Shown piece by piece: positions 62,766-64,000 of a DNA stretch of 64,000 bases. How positions within the stretch are numbered: position 1 is the first letter of the stretch; the number at the start of each line of letters is the position of its first letter. The stretch comes from Eubacterium sp. (GTDB lineage: Bacteria; Bacillota; Clostridia; Lachnospirales; Lachnospiraceae). Below the pieces are notes generated by a model that searched no databases, had not been told where the DNA came from, and saw only the letters and a program-made list of their open reading frames with translations. The position numbers were made by a program, and so were the translations under genes. The DNA lies in the NCBI GenBank assembly GCA_024681515.1, contig JAILAR010000026.1:8799-72798 (forward strand). The letters are read 5' to 3'.

Positions 62766-63578
62766 ATGATTCAGTACAATAACGTATTCAACAACCCGAA
62801 CATGAAGTGTATCGCACAGGGCGGACAGTATTTCATCTATGAGCATCAGGAAGATATGTCTGTACGTCCCTACGAAGCAGAGACGGCATATTTCATGAAG
62901 GAAATGAATGTAAAGAAACGTCAGGTCCTGGTTCAGCTTAACGGAACGGCAACCAAGATCCAGGCTGGTGCCATGCAGTGGACGGCAGGAAATGTTCAGA
63001 TGCAGACCGGTGTGAGTGGTGTCGGCAATTTCCTCGGAAAGATGGTAAAGGGTGCCGTGACTGGTGAATCCGCTGCCAAGCCCATTTATTCAGGAACCGG
63101 CTATCTGATGTTGGAGCCGACCTTCAATCATCTTCTGATCGAGGACATAGGAAGCTGGGGTCCGGGAGTAGTTCTGGATGATGGTCTGTTCCTTTGCTGC
63201 GATGCAAATATTCAGGAATCCATTACCAAGCGTTCCGGCGTTACCTCTGCCATGTTCGGCGGAGAAGGAATCTTCAATCTCTGCCTGTCCGGTCAGGGAT
63301 ATGCGGTACTGGAACTCCCTGTTCAGCGTGACGAGCTGTTTGAATTTATTCTGCAGGATGATGAACTGAAGATCGACGGAAATATGGCGGTGGCATGGTC
63401 TTCCTCACTGAACTTCACGGTTGAGAAGGCAGCCAAGTCCCTGATGGGTTCCGCTGTATCCGGTGAAGGTTTTGTCAATGTATACCGCGGAACCGGCAAG
63501 GTCCTGATGGCTCCGACACTTCCGGGCGCAGGCCTCAGCAATTTCCACGGACCGGAGCAGACCTCGGCAACAAAATAA
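62766..63578 (+). CDS. AIM24 family (DUF124) protein
   Basis: SD AGGAGGAGAAGG. KRQVLVQLNG...QAGAMQWTAGNVQMQTG...GTGYLMLEP...GEGFVNVYRGTGKVLMAP is typical of AIM24/DUF124. Confidence 0.8.
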   Translation: MIQYNNVFNNPNMKCIAQGGQYFIYEHQEDMSVRPYEAETAYFMKEMNVKKRQVLVQLNGTATKIQAGAMQWTAGNVQMQTGVSGVGNFLGKMVKGAVTGESAAKPIYSGTGYLMLEPTFNHLLIEDIGSWGPGVVLDDGLFLCCDANIQESITKRSGVTSAMFGGEGIFNLCLSGQGYAVLELPVQRDELFEFILQDDELKIDGNMAVAWSSSLNFTVEKAAKSLMGSAVSGEGFVNVYRGTGKVLMAPTLPGAGLSNFHGPEQTSATK

Positions 63579-63580
63579 AA

Positions 63581-63610
63581 CTAAAAGCGTTTCGGCGCGA
63601 AGTATGGAAT
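63581..63610 (+). repeat. intergenic repeat, short copy E3
   Basis: CTAAAAGCGTTTCGGCGCGAAGTATGGAAT shares both ends of E1/E2 but lacks the middle part and the GGAGG. Confidence 0.55.
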
Positions 63611-63620
63611 CAATTATTAT

Positions 63621-64000
63621 ATGAATCATTTAGAAGCGCAATCCTATATCATGCCCTTTATCGAGGGGAAGATGCCGGACTCCAAACGGCTGGAATTTGC
63701 CATGCACATGAAGAACTGCAAAGCCTGTCATGATGAGCTGGAGATCTATTATACGCTGATGACAGGTATGCAGATCCTTCAGGATCCTGAGGCAAGCAGC
63801 GGGAATTTCAGCAAAGATCTGGAAGCAAAGCTGGACAGAACCTTTCATAAGGCAAAAAACCGGCGGGGAATCCGTGTCTCCATGTTTACCATCATCACGA
63901 TCGGGATTGCGCTTATTATGGTATTCTTCTATGGGCGATGCCTGACACTGGTCTATGCCTACGAGCAGGAAACCAAGCAGGAAGCCCAGGGAGAATACTA
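63621..64000 (+). CDS. zf-HC2 (anti-sigma-factor-like) membrane protein; 3' end outside the window
   Basis: Not in the ORF track because there is no stop within the window. MNHLEAQSYIMPFIEGKMPDSKRLEFAMHMKNCKACHDELE carries H-x3-C-x2-C. A TM helix follows (VSMFTIITIGIALIMVFFY). Confidence 0.7.
   Translation, partial: MNHLEAQSYIMPFIEGKMPDSKRLEFAMHMKNCKACHDELEIYYTLMTGMQILQDPEASSGNFSKDLEAKLDRTFHKAKNRRGIRVSMFTIITIGIALIMVFFYGRCLTLVYAYEQETKQEAQGEY

Overview
This 64-kb window looks like a chromosomal segment of a Firmicute of the class Clostridia, probably Lachnospiraceae-like. That placement is an inference from gene content: an ispH-rpsA fusion, a MetH without the reactivation domain, and Trp/Tyr-rich cell-wall-binding repeats. 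Almost all genes are on the + strand. I recognised no rRNA, tRNA, CRISPR array, transposase, integrase or phage gene.

The left ~41 kb is accessory. Bases 1-13.5 kb hold many small genes: five GNAT acetyltransferases, MerR and TetR regulators, hydrolases and phosphatases. They are mixed with at least eight truncated or frameshifted gene remnants. Next come a GGDEF-PAS diguanylate cyclase and a 1753-aa surface protein that combines S8 and S41 peptidase domains with cell-wall-binding repeats. After a DUF362 Fe-S protein there is a MATE-like exporter followed by a 9.2-kb three-module NRPS that ends in a thioester reductase (A-T-C-A-T-C-A-T-R). The accessory part ends with a domain-permuted GH3 glycosidase and a 1060-aa protein with no signal peptide and a papain-like Cys/His module.

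The right ~23 kb is a conserved housekeeping block: cmk, ispH/rpsA, rplS, lepB, rbgA, lepB2, rnhB, yraN, DUF512, der, plsY, gpsA, scpA, scpB, an L,D-transpeptidase, rnhA, metH, ilvN, ilvC, an AIM24-family gene and a zf-HC2 gene.

Four signals are not explained by the genes:
- A ~25-nt motif (GTGTGCCAATATGGAACGTTCTTTT) occurs four times. In three copies an extended -10 box follows at a fixed distance.
- An ~88-nt intergenic repeat occurs in three copies and ends in an identical 21-mer that supplies the Shine-Dalgarno (SD) sequence.
- A ~300-nt element after ilvC is closed by a perfect 15-bp inverted repeat and packed with hairpins that have GAA triloops.
- A 10-nt direct repeat occurs four times upstream of the L,D-transpeptidase.

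Several apparent frameshifts, including one 36 codons into the NRPS gene, may be real decay or assembly errors. The sequence alone cannot decide this.
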